The notes under the pieces were generated by a model. It was given only the letters and a program-made list of their open reading frames with translations, was not told the DNA's origin and did no database searches. Below, piece by piece: positions 1 to 10,699 of a stretch of 64,000 nt of DNA. This DNA comes from a virus (Duplodnaviria; Caudoviricetes), in IMG/VR virus record IMGVR_UViG_3300047160_003205, positions 1 through 64,000 of that record. One strand, written 5' to 3'. A program made the translations under genes and the position numbers. How positions within the stretch are numbered: position 1 is the first letter of the stretch; every line of letters begins with the position of its first letter.

Positions 1-7
1 CGCGCTC

Positions 8-688
8 GTGGAAGCGCCTGGTGTGGCGGCGACGGAGTTCTCTTGCGCGGCCCCATTCTCAGACACCCTCTCCTTTAACCCTGGGTCCTCGACCCAGGTT
101 CCACCCCTCAGTTACGCCTTCCTGTACGGCGTGACAGCCTGGCCCGCCTCGGGGAACGCGGCAACCTTCCTGAACATTGCTAACGCCAATACAAACTGGA
201 TCGGGACCGGAGCGGAAGGCGGGATAAGCAATACCATCCTGTTTCAGGGAAAGCTCCATGACGGGAACGGGTTCCTGTACTGGTATGCGGCTGACTGGAT
301 GCAGATCAATGCTGACCTCAACCTATCGAATGAGGTCATCAACGGCTCCAACAGCTTCCCGTACCTGTATTATAATCAGCTCGGGATCACCCGGCTCCAG
401 AACCGGGCGATTCAGGTGGCCCAGCAGTCCGTGGCGAATGGATTGGGGAATGGTTCGGTGATCGGGACGAAGTTGCCCATCGCCCAATTCACTTACAACT
501 ACCTGAACGGCGACTACATCGGCTACATCGCCATCAATGCTGAGCCGCTCCGGGTGTATGTGAGCGAGAACCCGACTGACTATCCGGCGGGTATCTATCG
601 GGGATTGACTTGCGTCTTTACTCCCAACTCAGGCTTCCTGCAGGTGATCTTCAACCTGAACGTCACCAACATTCTCAATCCAACGTAA
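8..688 (+). CDS. Tail sheath protein, C-terminal part (DUF3383-like); 5' end probably lies outside the window
   Basis: The frame is open to the window edge. Ends with GYIAINAEPLRVYVSENPTDYPAGIYRGLTCVFTPNSGFLQVIFNLNV, typical of Bcep781-like sheath C-termini; precedes a tube-like gene. Confidence 0.7.
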   Translation: MEAPGVAATEFSCAAPFSDTLSFNPGSSTQVPPLSYAFLYGVTAWPASGNAATFLNIANANTNWIGTGAEGGISNTILFQGKLHDGNGFLYWYAADWMQINADLNLSNEVINGSNSFPYLYYNQLGITRLQNRAIQVAQQSVANGLGNGSVIGTKLPIAQFTYNYLNGDYIGYIAINAEPLRVYVSENPTDYPAGIYRGLTCVFTPNSGFLQVIFNLNVTNILNPT

Positions 689-699
689 GGGGTTAGGTC

Positions 700-1143
700 T
701 TGGCTAATCCTCTCGTCCCTCAAGGCACTCTGAATAAGATACGAGCGGCTGGATTGTTTATCACCAATCCACAGCTCAACTTCAGTGCCGGTTTTCTTGG
801 GGAAGAAGGCATAACCCTGGCGTTTGAGGGTGACGCTTCAGCCTATCTTCCGACGATGACGGGCGCGGTCCCGTCGCCCAACCCGTATATGATGGCGAAT
901 GTCACGGCCCGGCTTCTGAAGACCCAAGCCCTCGCCGCCATCTACAAAATCCAGTTTGAGCTCAACACTACGATTGGAGACCTCTCGATCATCTCGGACG
1001 CTTTCACGTTGCCGGACTACTACTTGGCCAACTGCACATTGATGAATGTCACGGACCTGAGTTTCAATGGTAGCACCCCGAACTTCGTTATCAATGTTCG
1101 TGGGACTTACTACGTGAACTCATCAATGTTTAATGCCGTCTAA
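700..1143 (+). CDS. Tail tube protein
   Basis: 147 aa, beta-rich, directly after the sheath; MANPLVPQGTLN start resembles tube genes of this myovirus type. Confidence 0.6.
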   Translation: MANPLVPQGTLNKIRAAGLFITNPQLNFSAGFLGEEGITLAFEGDASAYLPTMTGAVPSPNPYMMANVTARLLKTQALAAIYKIQFELNTTIGDLSIISDAFTLPDYYLANCTLMNVTDLSFNGSTPNFVINVRGTYYVNSSMFNAV

Positions 1144-1164
1144 CCTTCATGAGCAAGCAGCAGC

Positions 1165-1770
1165 ATGAAAATCGACAAGAACCTGAACCTGGTTATAACA
1201 CTGGATAGGGGCGAGGACGACAAGGTTCACGTCTATCACACCCCAATCCTTCGCGCCACCTTTGAGAGATACTACCGCGTCATCAGTAAGGTGATGACGG
1301 ACATCTATGCTGAGAACCTGACGTTCTTCAGCGGCCCGGCGGTCTGCTCCCTTATGTTGAAGGATACAGCCGAACATATGCTTCGGGCTGATGGGAGTGG
1401 GTTGAACTGGTGGGAAGGACCGGACGGGGTAAAGGATGGACTGGTGGAGGAAATCCGGCGGCTCACCAATGTCTTGGTCCTCGGATCCAACGGCTGGGAG
1501 GTTATCCCCTACACTACCGCGCTGAAGCGCGACGTTTTCACGGAGGATGAAGCGGCGGAGGTGGAGGGCAGCATTGCTTTTTTTACATTCAGCTCACGCA
1601 TGAAGACCAATCCAGTGATGAATCGTGGGTTGTTAGCAGCAGCATCGATGCTCGAATGGGAGCTAACCTCCTCGTCCCTTATGGAATATCGAACTTCCTT
1701 GATGACGTTGATCGAGGACGAGAGTATTGGAGAGAGTCCAACAGTGGTAGCACTGTCCATTCCATCCTGA
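1165..1770 (+). CDS. Tail assembly chaperone
   Basis: Position between tube and tape measure; MKIDKNLNLVI start. Confidence 0.55.
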   Translation: MKIDKNLNLVITLDRGEDDKVHVYHTPILRATFERYYRVISKVMTDIYAENLTFFSGPAVCSLMLKDTAEHMLRADGSGLNWWEGPDGVKDGLVEEIRRLTNVLVLGSNGWEVIPYTTALKRDVFTEDEAAEVEGSIAFFTFSSRMKTNPVMNRGLLAAASMLEWELTSSSLMEYRTSLMTLIEDESIGESPTVVALSIPS

Positions 1771-1899
1771 CCTATCTCTCGGGGGAAGGGTTCGGGGAGT
1801 TCTGTAGGAGGTATGACTTAGTGAGCCCCGATGAACGTCCCTTCCCCAACGCTTCCGCCTTCCGTCAACGCTATCTCATCGCGGCCTTGGTAGCTCGCC

Positions 1900-3801
1900 G
1901 TGCCTAAATCAACAATAGACGTACAACTCAAAGGCACTGAGCAGATCAAGAACTACGCCGACATGATGCAGGAGTTCAGGAAACTCCTGGGGGCGATGCC
2001 ATCAGATTGGGATAAGACCACCCGCGCGGCGGCGAAGGTGGGAAAGCCGGTTATGGATCAGACCGCCGCATTATTGGCCCAGCAACAACTACTCCGGGAT
2101 CAACGCAAGCTTTGGAAGGAGCAGGATAAGCAGGAGCGTGAGCTGGAGAAGACTGAGAAGCGCCGGGCCGAGAACTGGAAAAAGCTGGGCGGGCATGTGA
2201 CGGGTGCCGCGAAGGGCATCGTCAGTATGACTGCGAACCTATTCAAGTGGGCTGGGCTCGGAACAGTGATCTCGGGGATCACCAGTGGTTTTGGCTTTAT
2301 GACGCTGGCGAATGCAGCCTTCGACATGCGTCGCCAGGCGGCGATGTTGGGAACAACCCCGGCTGAACTCCAAGCGGCAAAGGCTGTTTTAACCCCGTTT
2401 GGTGATCCCCAGGCAATGTTGGGCGGAATAGCCCAAGCCCAAGCCCAACTTGGAGCCCGTTGGGCCTTTGGAGCGGTCGGGATGCCGGGCGCTTGGATGG
2501 GGGATCCAGGACAAAACCTTCCGGCCCTTATGCGGCGGGCTCGGGCTTTAATGCCTGAAATGGCACCAGAAGGACAGATCATTAGCGATCTTCCTATCAC
2601 ACAGGCCTTCACTCAGTTAGGGCTTCCATTGGAGACCCTTCGGGTCATCCAGCATATGGACCCCAAGGAGTTGGAAGACACCATAGCGAAGTACAAGAAA
2701 CTGGCGGCGGATACAGCCAGTGCGTTGAATCCTGGCGTTCTCAAGCAATGGAATGATTTCCAGATTTCAATGGCTGAAGCCCGGGTGAAAATCGAGGCGG
2801 CACTTATCCAGGTGCTTTCGCCGTTGGCAGGGCCTCTAGGCCAGTTGGCTGATACGATTGCTGATATCCTTAAAGGGTTCCTCGCGTCAGGGCAGCTTCA
2901 ACAATGGATTGCTGATTTCGGAGCGACAATAAAGTACTGGGCCACTTGGCTTCAGAATACCAATAATCAAAAGTGGCTTGAGGATACATTCAATCGTGTC
3001 CTGACAGACTTGAACATTTTCGCTATAGGGCTGGAAAAGATCATTAACCTATTCCCGCACGACACTGGAGCACCTCCGGGGTATCCCCATCCTACGCCTA
3101 TGCCTAAGGTCGTACATGGAACGACCGATCCAAATGCGACCTATGATCAACCGGGCGGCTATTGGTGGGTTAATCCAGCCACTGGAACGAAACACTGGCA
3201 TGCTCCCGAAAGAGGACATTTCCAGGACTGGGCAAAGGGGGTTAGCGGCTGGTTCCAAAACCTGTTTACATTGGGCGGAAACCTACCGAGTGCTGGCGGC
3301 ACAGGCCAAGTCGGCATGATCAACGCGGCTGGTTGGCTGACCTCCTACATGATGGCCCACGGAGTAAAGCCTGAGGTCGCTAAGGGCATTGGGGCGGGGG
3401 CTTACGGGGAAGGCGGATTGCTGGGGGCTAACAACCCCAAGTCCGGAGCCTTCGCAATGGGCCAATGGCTGGGTATCCGTAAGAAGCGGCTAATGGCACT
3501 GTTTGGTCCAAACCCCACTCGGGAGCAACAGGCGGCCTTTATGCTATGGGAGCTAATGGGTGGCGATCCCGGCGGGGCCTCCGTCCTAAACTCCAAGACA
3601 GCCCAGGAAGCTCTCCACAACTTCATTGTTAACTTCATGCGACCGCATAAGGGGTTTGAGACTGAGAGAGACCTGGCGGCCGGGTCGAACTACTTGAGTG
3701 GCCGTATCCAGCCCTCTGCCCATCACCACGTTCTTCACGTTACCATTACCCAGCCCCTCGGGTCGAATACCACCGTTCATGCAGGACAGTTAGCAGGATG
3801 A
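1900..3801 (+). CDS. Tape measure protein with C-terminal phage-tail lysozyme-like domain
   Basis: Helical Ala/Gln-rich N-terminal part; C-terminal GIGAGAYGEGG...GAFAMGQWLGIRKKRL...QQAAFMLWEL resembles phage tail lysozyme. Confidence 0.75.
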   Translation: MPKSTIDVQLKGTEQIKNYADMMQEFRKLLGAMPSDWDKTTRAAAKVGKPVMDQTAALLAQQQLLRDQRKLWKEQDKQERELEKTEKRRAENWKKLGGHVTGAAKGIVSMTANLFKWAGLGTVISGITSGFGFMTLANAAFDMRRQAAMLGTTPAELQAAKAVLTPFGDPQAMLGGIAQAQAQLGARWAFGAVGMPGAWMGDPGQNLPALMRRARALMPEMAPEGQIISDLPITQAFTQLGLPLETLRVIQHMDPKELEDTIAKYKKLAADTASALNPGVLKQWNDFQISMAEARVKIEAALIQVLSPLAGPLGQLADTIADILKGFLASGQLQQWIADFGATIKYWATWLQNTNNQKWLEDTFNRVLTDLNIFAIGLEKIINLFPHDTGAPPGYPHPTPMPKVVHGTTDPNATYDQPGGYWWVNPATGTKHWHAPERGHFQDWAKGVSGWFQNLFTLGGNLPSAGGTGQVGMINAAGWLTSYMMAHGVKPEVAKGIGAGAYGEGGLLGANNPKSGAFAMGQWLGIRKKRLMALFGPNPTREQQAAFMLWELMGGDPGGASVLNSKTAQEALHNFIVNFMRPHKGFETERDLAAGSNYLSGRIQPSAHHHVLHVTITQPLGSNTTVHAGQLAG

Positions 3802-4604
3802 GCCTAACTGACATGGGCACGCAGGTTGCCCCCATAACGGTTCAGGCTCCCGGCCGGAACACCCTTTCAGGGCTCGACCAGTTCCGGCTGCACTATGAGT
3901 ACAGCCCTATCGTGCTTACCGGCGGTATCGCTGGGGACTTCCCCGGTAAGGTGATGGCTATCATCCAGCTTCTCCAGAACAACGACTTTGATGCTGGAAC
4001 ATTACAATCGCCTAACCCGATAGGGTTTAGTGACTATGTTGCGCACTTTCAGCCGATGCCCGGCGGGACGCTGATCGATGTAGCGATTGGCGAATACCCG
4101 TTCGCGAACCAGGCGGTGGCTGCGAATGCCATCATTATGCAGCCCCTCAAGATAAGCTTGATGATGGTTGCGCCTGCACTGACCTTCGGGGGCTACACCC
4201 GGAAGGTCGCGGCCTTTACCTCGCTTCAACAGACCTTGTATAAGCACATGCGTAAGGGGGGCCTCTTCAATGTTGCGACCCCCAGCTTCGTTTATCAGGA
4301 CTGCATCCTACAGTCCCTTCGCGATATCACTAACCAAGGTGAATCCCTCCAGGTTCAGACTCGTTGGCAATGGGACTTCGTTCAGCCACTCCTCACCGTG
4401 GCGGCGGCCCAAGCGGCTCAAAGCGACCTGATAAGCGCCTATAACAATGGAGATAAGACTGCCAACGACCCACCGAACCAAGTGGCCTCTCCTTCCGCCG
4501 CTTCGGGTATAGCTCAAATCTTGACTCCAGCCCAAACGCCTCTACAAGCGACCTCGGGCGGTGTGGGGGATACGGGTGGGGGTACGGGTGGGGTCCCGTT
4601 CTAA
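3798..4604 (+). CDS. Tail/baseplate structural protein
   Basis: Overlaps the tape measure stop (ATGA); position in the baseplate module. Confidence 0.55.
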   Translation: MSLTDMGTQVAPITVQAPGRNTLSGLDQFRLHYEYSPIVLTGGIAGDFPGKVMAIIQLLQNNDFDAGTLQSPNPIGFSDYVAHFQPMPGGTLIDVAIGEYPFANQAVAANAIIMQPLKISLMMVAPALTFGGYTRKVAAFTSLQQTLYKHMRKGGLFNVATPSFVYQDCILQSLRDITNQGESLQVQTRWQWDFVQPLLTVAAAQAAQSDLISAYNNGDKTANDPPNQVASPSAASGIAQILTPAQTPLQATSGGVGDTGGGTGGVPF

Positions 4605-4873
4605 TGACCACTTATGTCACTTTTCCCCAGACCACTTCCGCCTTCTCCTTCCTCCTCACGCTAGATGGGACGGAGTATAGCACTACAATAAAGTGGAACC
4701 TCGCCGGACAGCGCTGGTACTTCAACCTCTATGATCTCCAGAACAACTCTATCCTTACCATCGCCCTGGTCGCTTCGCCCGACACTGCCGACATTAACCT
4801 GGTGGCTGGATACTTCAACATTTCCACGGTCGTGTTTCGCGATACTACGCAGAATTTTGAGATCAACCCATGA
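4604..4873 (+). CDS. Baseplate plug-like small protein
   Basis: FLLTLDGTEY...WNLAGQRWYFNLYD motif typical of this small baseplate family. Confidence 0.55.
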   Translation: MTTYVTFPQTTSAFSFLLTLDGTEYSTTIKWNLAGQRWYFNLYDLQNNSILTIALVASPDTADINLVAGYFNISTVVFRDTTQNFEINP

Positions 4874-5895
4874 GGTTCTATGACATCACCATAACCCCGA
4901 AGACCGGACCTGAATACCATTTCAAGACCCTGGGGGATGATGGTCTCTTCAACCCGGGCGCGCTCAATATTGAGATAGACGCGACGGTCGGGTTTGGTGG
5001 CTCACCGATGGGAGCCCCCAGTGTAGGGCTTCTTCGCCTTTGGGGTGTTCCGCTGGTCAAGATGGAAGGCTACCCGGGCATTAGCCAGGCGAGTGATCTT
5101 AATGGAGGTCACATCTTAATGAAGGCGGGCATGAGTAAGGGGCTCCCGTTGACGGTCTCAGAGGTCGATCAACAAGGCGTCGTATTGAGGGGTGCCATTT
5201 GGCAAGCGTTCGGGAACTGGATCGGGACTGATATGACCATTGACCTGAACGCCTATCTTGATGGGGCTGAGCCGGTTCAAGAGGGATATGGTGCTGTTCA
5301 AGAAGCGGTCAACCTTAACTTCACTTGGCACAAGGGTCAGAAACTGGCGGATGCCATCAATACCACTCTCACTAATGCCTATCCCGACCTCAGCGCTCCT
5401 AGCATAAACATTAGTGATAATCTGGTAGCACCCCAGGAGGACCCTGGGACTACCATGGATCTTACCACCTTTAGGCAGAAGATACGGGAACGTACCATAT
5501 CGATGCTGGGTAAAAATAATGACACTTATCCCGGCGTTCGGATCGCCTTAAGTCAGGCCAAGAACCAATTCATTGTCACTGATAGCACTAAGCCTAGCGC
5601 AGCAAGGGTCCTTGCTTTCCAGGACCTCATTGGACAGCCTACATGGATTGGTTTTAATCAGCTCCAGTTCACGACGGTCATGCGCGCGGACTTGGACATT
5701 GATGATGTCGTGAAATTCCCGAAGCTCCAGGCCACCCAAACGGCAGCCGAGCAATCGTTCCAGGCCAAGGATAAGTCGGCCTTTGATGGGACCTTCTTCA
5801 TTAAGCAGATACGACACGTTGGAAACTTCAGGGCACCCGACGCCCGCGCCTGGGTCACTGTGTTTGATGCTTTCCCAATGAAGAGTGTCACTTGA
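4870..5895 (+). CDS. Baseplate hub protein
   Basis: 341 aa; ends with FFIKQIRHVGNFRAPDARAWVT, typical of myovirus hubs; synteny. Confidence 0.65.
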   Translation: MRFYDITITPKTGPEYHFKTLGDDGLFNPGALNIEIDATVGFGGSPMGAPSVGLLRLWGVPLVKMEGYPGISQASDLNGGHILMKAGMSKGLPLTVSEVDQQGVVLRGAIWQAFGNWIGTDMTIDLNAYLDGAEPVQEGYGAVQEAVNLNFTWHKGQKLADAINTTLTNAYPDLSAPSINISDNLVAPQEDPGTTMDLTTFRQKIRERTISMLGKNNDTYPGVRIALSQAKNQFIVTDSTKPSAARVLAFQDLIGQPTWIGFNQLQFTTVMRADLDIDDVVKFPKLQATQTAAEQSFQAKDKSAFDGTFFIKQIRHVGNFRAPDARAWVTVFDAFPMKSVT

Positions 5896-6551
5896 TGGCT
5901 GACAATGCTCTAAAGACCCCCTTCGCCGTTAGCCTGGAGGCTTGGCGACTCCAATCAGACCATCGGTCACAAGACTACGATTGTCGAGCAATCCCATGTA
6001 CAGTGTCAAAGGTCATTAGCTCCGCGATTGTTGAGGTCAACTTTGAGATCAATGAACCCAACATAACCTTCCCTAAAGTCCAGGTCCCTGTGGCTTACCC
6101 AGAATACATCCGCTATCCCATCAAAGTTGGGGACAGGGGGATGACGGTCCCGGCGGACGTTTGGCTCGGGAACATAACGGGGACGGGTGCGACGACGCCG
6201 CCCGACTTGACTCGCCCCCAGAACCTCGCCGCGCTCGCTTTTATCTGGCTTGGAAATAAGAACTGGAGCGCCACCGACGACCCGAATGCGCTGGTTCTCT
6301 ATGCTCCGAATGGCGTTATCCTTCGCGACACAAACTCCAACACCAAGATCGTTCTCACCCCGAGTGGTATCACCATCACCCCCGGCGGCGACATAACCAT
6401 CAACAATGGAAGCCATAATGTCACTATTACAGGCTCTGGTAATGTGACGGTAACGGGTTCAGGCGATATTAAAGCAGGTACCATCAGCTTGCTTAACCAC
6501 GTCCATTCGGGTGTGACAACAGGGTCAGGGAACACGGGCGTACCGCACTAA
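5892..6551 (+). CDS. Baseplate spike (gp138/gpV-like)
   Basis: N-terminal OB-like region, beta-helix repeats (ITITPGGDITIN, VTITGSGNVTVTGSGD) and C-terminal metal-binding HxH motif (NHVHSGV). Confidence 0.8.
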   Translation: MMADNALKTPFAVSLEAWRLQSDHRSQDYDCRAIPCTVSKVISSAIVEVNFEINEPNITFPKVQVPVAYPEYIRYPIKVGDRGMTVPADVWLGNITGTGATTPPDLTRPQNLAALAFIWLGNKNWSATDDPNALVLYAPNGVILRDTNSNTKIVLTPSGITITPGGDITINNGSHNVTITGSGNVTVTGSGDIKAGTISLLNHVHSGVTTGSGNTGVPH

Positions 6552-6901
6552 TGCGAACCTATGGTCGGATTTGGGATGCATATGGGCACGGAACTTGGGT
6601 TGAAATCGCCACTGATCCTAACACTGGCGACAATAGCGCGATCTGGGTCACTACGCTCATTCAAACGCTGAAACTCAGCCGGAATGAGTCCCCCTTCTAT
6701 GCGAACTATGGTATTCCGGCCCAGCTCGCCGTTGCTCAGCGTGTCTTCCCTGACATCTATGTGTTCCAGACTCAACAGCAATTCGCGCCATACTTCGCAT
6801 CTCTCATCATCAGCCGAATGGGGAATCAGTTCCCACCCACCTACCTCATCAACCTAACCACGCTGACCGGCGCTCTGTTTAACTTTACTCTCCCGACGTA
6901 A
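6551..6901 (+). CDS. Baseplate wedge / sheath initiator (gp25-like)
   Basis: MRTYGR start and LKLSRNESPFYANYGIPA motif; lies between spike and baseplate J. Confidence 0.6.
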   Translation: MRTYGRIWDAYGHGTWVEIATDPNTGDNSAIWVTTLIQTLKLSRNESPFYANYGIPAQLAVAQRVFPDIYVFQTQQQFAPYFASLIISRMGNQFPPTYLINLTTLTGALFNFTLPT

Positions 6902-6902
6902 C

Positions 6903-8330
6903 ATGGTAGTGCCAACCGTTACAGTGAATCTATCGGTTACGGCGGCGGGCTTCCAACCTACGCCACCCGCGACGATTAATGCTAACTTCATCAATTACGT
7001 CTCTCAGATCCAACCCGGGTTCACGGCCAACCTGCCCGCGTCACTGATTGAAGACCTGACGTCCACGGCCACGGGCGCCATCGTCCAGGTTGATAGCCTA
7101 TGCGTTGAGCTGGGGAACTCCATCAGTCCCTACTCCGCCAACTCATGGATAATGACCCAGCTGGGCAACATCTATGGTGTTCAACAAGGGGCGGATACAA
7201 ACACCTCCGTCTTCGTGGTCTTTAATGGAACGGTTGGATTTTCCATCCCCCCGGGCTTCACGATTGGAGATGGCACCTACCAGTATGTTATTCAGGAGGG
7301 AAGTGTCATCCCAGTCGGTGGCGTGAGCGCCCCGATCTTTTGCCTCGCGAACACTACGGGTTCCTGGGCGGTCCCCTCTAACACAGTGACCCAGATAATC
7401 ACTTCAGTTCCGTCTGGAGTAACCCTTTCCGTAAACAACCCCAACACAGGAACCCCCGGCGCGTTAGCACAGTCGCTTCCTGACTATCAAGCCCAGGTTA
7501 TTCAGGCGGGCCTCGCGGCGGCGCAGGGGATGCCGACCTTTTTGAAGACCCTACTTTCCCAGGTCCCAGGGGTTCAACAACGCTTGGTAGCAGCGGTCCA
7601 GATTGGGGGTGGCGGTTGGGAGATAATCGTTGGGGGCGGCGACCCGTACCAGGTCGCGAATGCAATCTATAGCGCGATGTTTGATTTCTCTATCCTGGTT
7701 GGTTCCACTCTTAACATCACCGGGATCACTCGGGCCAATCCGGGTGTGGTTACCACAAACCTGAATCACGGCCTGACGACTGGGCAAACGAACGTTTACA
7801 TTTCGGGCGTGCTAGGTATGACAGCCGCGAATGGCGGACCCTACACCGTCACCGTTCTTAGCCCCACGACCTTTAGCTTTGGTGTCAATACCACTGCCTT
7901 CGGAACCTATACGAGTGGTGGCGTGGTTACACCCAATAATCGCAATGTGTCAGTCAACCTAATCGACTATCCCGACACCTATACCATCCCATTCGTTAAC
8001 CCGCCGCAGCAAACGACGATTATACAGCTTCAATGGCATACAATCTCGCCTAACTATGTGTCACCCTCTTCAATCGTCCAGTTGGGCACCCCGGCGATTG
8101 TGGGCTATGTCAATTCCATCCCGGTGGGTCAGCCTCTGAATGGGTTCGACCTAGAAGATGCTTTCCAAAATGCGATTGAGTCCGTTCTCGACATCTCTTA
8201 TCTTGCCAACCTGGTCCTAACCGTCACTGTTAATGGCGTCGCCATAACGCCGACTGGCTACCTATACTATGGTGACCCAGAGTCATATTTCTATACCACT
8301 TCCTCCAACGTTACCATAACACAAATCTAA
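6903..8330 (+). CDS. Baseplate J-like wedge protein with an inserted FCCH-like beta domain
   Basis: LPASLIEDL...LGNIYGV pattern of baseplate J; insert ITGITRANPGVVTTNLNHGLTTGQ...TVTVLSPTTFSFGVNTT. Confidence 0.75.
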   Translation: MVVPTVTVNLSVTAAGFQPTPPATINANFINYVSQIQPGFTANLPASLIEDLTSTATGAIVQVDSLCVELGNSISPYSANSWIMTQLGNIYGVQQGADTNTSVFVVFNGTVGFSIPPGFTIGDGTYQYVIQEGSVIPVGGVSAPIFCLANTTGSWAVPSNTVTQIITSVPSGVTLSVNNPNTGTPGALAQSLPDYQAQVIQAGLAAAQGMPTFLKTLLSQVPGVQQRLVAAVQIGGGGWEIIVGGGDPYQVANAIYSAMFDFSILVGSTLNITGITRANPGVVTTNLNHGLTTGQTNVYISGVLGMTAANGGPYTVTVLSPTTFSFGVNTTAFGTYTSGGVVTPNNRNVSVNLIDYPDTYTIPFVNPPQQTTIIQLQWHTISPNYVSPSSIVQLGTPAIVGYVNSIPVGQPLNGFDLEDAFQNAIESVLDISYLANLVLTVTVNGVAITPTGYLYYGDPESYFYTTSSNVTITQI

Positions 8331-8331
8331 C

Positions 8332-8967
8332 ATGGCGGCGTTTCCTCCCCTAACCAACACGACCACCCAAAACATCGTCTATTCCTACCCATACGTGCAA
8401 TATGCTGACGACCAGTATGTTGCGGCATTCTTTCAGGCCTACAATGCATATGCCCAGGGCTACCTGAACTATCTCAACAACCTGAACCTTCCCGTCTACA
8501 CCTCGGGTATCTGCGTAGGGCCGCTTCTGGATTGGGTTGGGGCCGGCATTTACGGAATGATTAGGCCTGGCCTGCCTTATGCGGGGAAGAACCCAGTCGG
8601 GCCACTCAATACCTACCTGTTGAATACAATGCAATTCAATGGATGGAAGCCCGGTATCCCTAGCTCATTCACACTCACAACTGACGATGTCTATAAGCGC
8701 GTCCTAACGTGGGCCTTCTATAAAGGTGATGGCACTCAATTCACTGTGCGATGGCTCAAGAACCGTATTTGGCGGTTCCTTAATGGTGTAAATGGAACGG
8801 CTCCTCCCATAACAAATACCTATGGAATCAGCGTGGCTTTCACTGGAAAACAGGCGGCTACCATATCTCTCGCCACCTCCTCTATGAGCACCATCTTTCA
8901 AGCGGGTGTTAACGCGGGGATGTTGGAACTGCCCTTTCAGATAACCTGGACGGTGACGTTGCACTAA
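8332..8967 (+). CDS. Baseplate wedge protein (DUF2612-like)
   Basis: LLDWVGAGIYG...TDDVYKRVLTW motif; follows baseplate J. Confidence 0.65.
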   Translation: MAAFPPLTNTTTQNIVYSYPYVQYADDQYVAAFFQAYNAYAQGYLNYLNNLNLPVYTSGICVGPLLDWVGAGIYGMIRPGLPYAGKNPVGPLNTYLLNTMQFNGWKPGIPSSFTLTTDDVYKRVLTWAFYKGDGTQFTVRWLKNRIWRFLNGVNGTAPPITNTYGISVAFTGKQAATISLATSSMSTIFQAGVNAGMLELPFQITWTVTLH

Positions 8968-10268
8968 TGGCCAAGTTCCTTTATGCAAACCAAGCCGCGA
9001 CGACCCTCGCTAGCAGTCTTACCAACACTTCGACAACGATGACAGTCGCGACGGGTGGCGGGGCGCTGTTCCCGAACCCGTCTGCTGGTCAGCAGTTTTC
9101 AGGGACCCTCATCCCGGCGTCTAGCACGACTGGGACGCCTAATGAGATAGTGTATGTGACCGCCCGGACGGGCGACACTATGACCATCGTCCGAGGTCAA
9201 GAAGGGACGACTCCACTAACGTGGAACGTTGGTGACCTTTTCCAGAACCTGTGGACGGCGGGGCAAGCGTCATCCCTCGCGCAGGTCCAAGACGTTCAGA
9301 ACCAAGCCGGGAACTGGGCTTTAGATACGGGAACGGCGAATGCTGGGGCTATCACCCTTACCCCCGTACCCATAAGTCTCACGAGCCTGAAAGGCGTCCC
9401 CATCCGGGTCCAGAAGATCGCCTCGGCTAACACCGGTGCCTACACCCTTAATGTCAATGGACTGGGGGCGGTCGCCGTCACTTATCTGGGCGTGGCCCTG
9501 GTCGCGAACTCATTGCTGGCGAGTCAGTTCTACTCCGTCATGTATGATGGGACGGTGTTTGAGCTAGCGACATCAGGCGTCGCTACGCCAGGCGGCCCGG
9601 CGGGGGGCGATCTCACCGGGACTTATCCCAACCCCACCGTCGCTCCAAGTGCCATTGGCAATGGCAAGTTGGCGACCATGGCGGCGTCAACAATAAAAGG
9701 GAACCCCACTGCCGGGGTCGCGAACCCGACAGACATGTCGGTGGCGACAACGTTGGCGCTGCTAGGTATCGTGACCGTCACCTATGCCCAATTCCAGAAC
9801 CGACAAACGAGTGGGACTGGCTCTGGGGAAAGCCTGACCCAAAACACATGGAATCCTCGGGCGCTTAATGTTCAGATTTATAACACAATACCCAGCTGTA
9901 CCTTAAGCTCTAACCAGGTAACGTTGCCCAGCGGCACCTATGAGATGTTCGCGCAAGCGAGTGCTCAAACGAGTGCCCAGACTGAAATCTTAGAGCATAA
10001 GCTACGGCTGCGTAACGCGACCAACCTTACCACCATCATAACCGGCCCTCCTTCTTGGTCTGGTGCTAATAGCATAACGAATGCTCCATTCGCTAATTAT
10101 GCTACGCTCGCCATTCTACAGGGGATGTTTGTACTGGGCACCACCACCGTGATCACCATTGACTCCTATGTCATCCCAGGAGCGTCTTCCGCTATCACAG
10201 GCGGCCCGACAATGAGTACGGGGGACTTCGAAGTGTATGTGGATTTGCTGATTAAGAAGGTGCTGTAA
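8967..10268 (+). CDS. Tail fibre protein
   Basis: Last gene of the tail module; N-terminal anchor (ANQAATTLAS...EIVYVTARTGDTMTIVRGQEGT) and GGPAGGDLTGTYPNPTV segment. Confidence 0.75.
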   Translation: MAKFLYANQAATTLASSLTNTSTTMTVATGGGALFPNPSAGQQFSGTLIPASSTTGTPNEIVYVTARTGDTMTIVRGQEGTTPLTWNVGDLFQNLWTAGQASSLAQVQDVQNQAGNWALDTGTANAGAITLTPVPISLTSLKGVPIRVQKIASANTGAYTLNVNGLGAVAVTYLGVALVANSLLASQFYSVMYDGTVFELATSGVATPGGPAGGDLTGTYPNPTVAPSAIGNGKLATMAASTIKGNPTAGVANPTDMSVATTLALLGIVTVTYAQFQNRQTSGTGSGESLTQNTWNPRALNVQIYNTIPSCTLSSNQVTLPSGTYEMFAQASAQTSAQTEILEHKLRLRNATNLTTIITGPPSWSGANSITNAPFANYATLAILQGMFVLGTTTVITIDSYVIPGASSAITGGPTMSTGDFEVYVDLLIKKVL

Positions 10269-10310
10269 GAGGTCCCACGCCCCTTGCTGCTGGGAGGCTC
10301 GGGGACTCGT

Positions 10311-10346
10311 CCCGGCCCGGTGATTGGGCAACGTCACCGGGTCGGG
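10311..10346. terminator. Hairpin between convergent transcription units
   Basis: CCCGGCCCGGTGA (10311-10323) pairs with TCACCGGGTCGGG (10334-10346); no clear U tract. Confidence 0.45.
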
Positions 10347-10699
10347 GCTGAGTGGGAACTAATCCAAATCAAAAGCAATACGAACCCGAGGGTGACGGCA
10401 GTGAAGAACCAGGCCGTCTTCAACTAACAATGGCCTCCGAACCGCAGCCCCCGCCCTGAGAAGGTCCCGAAAAACGCGGACCTGCCGCCCCTCTCGGGGT
10501 GGCCCAGGCTGATGGGGGATTTTGGTAAGCTTTCAACATTTCCCTTTGAGCGTTCAAAACCTAAGCTTTCAGCTTTCACCTTTCACCTTTGAGATTGGAG
10601 ATCAGCTTATAAGGCTGGTCCATCTGTTCATGATGGTGCGATGCCAAATCGCGGGGTTTTGTCTCTCGTTCTCTCATTTCGCTGTTGAAGGCCGTCCTG

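Noticed and set aside
10565-10590. Three 7-nt CTTTCA(G/C)-type tandem repeats
   Set aside because: Too short, with no associated feature; could be chance.
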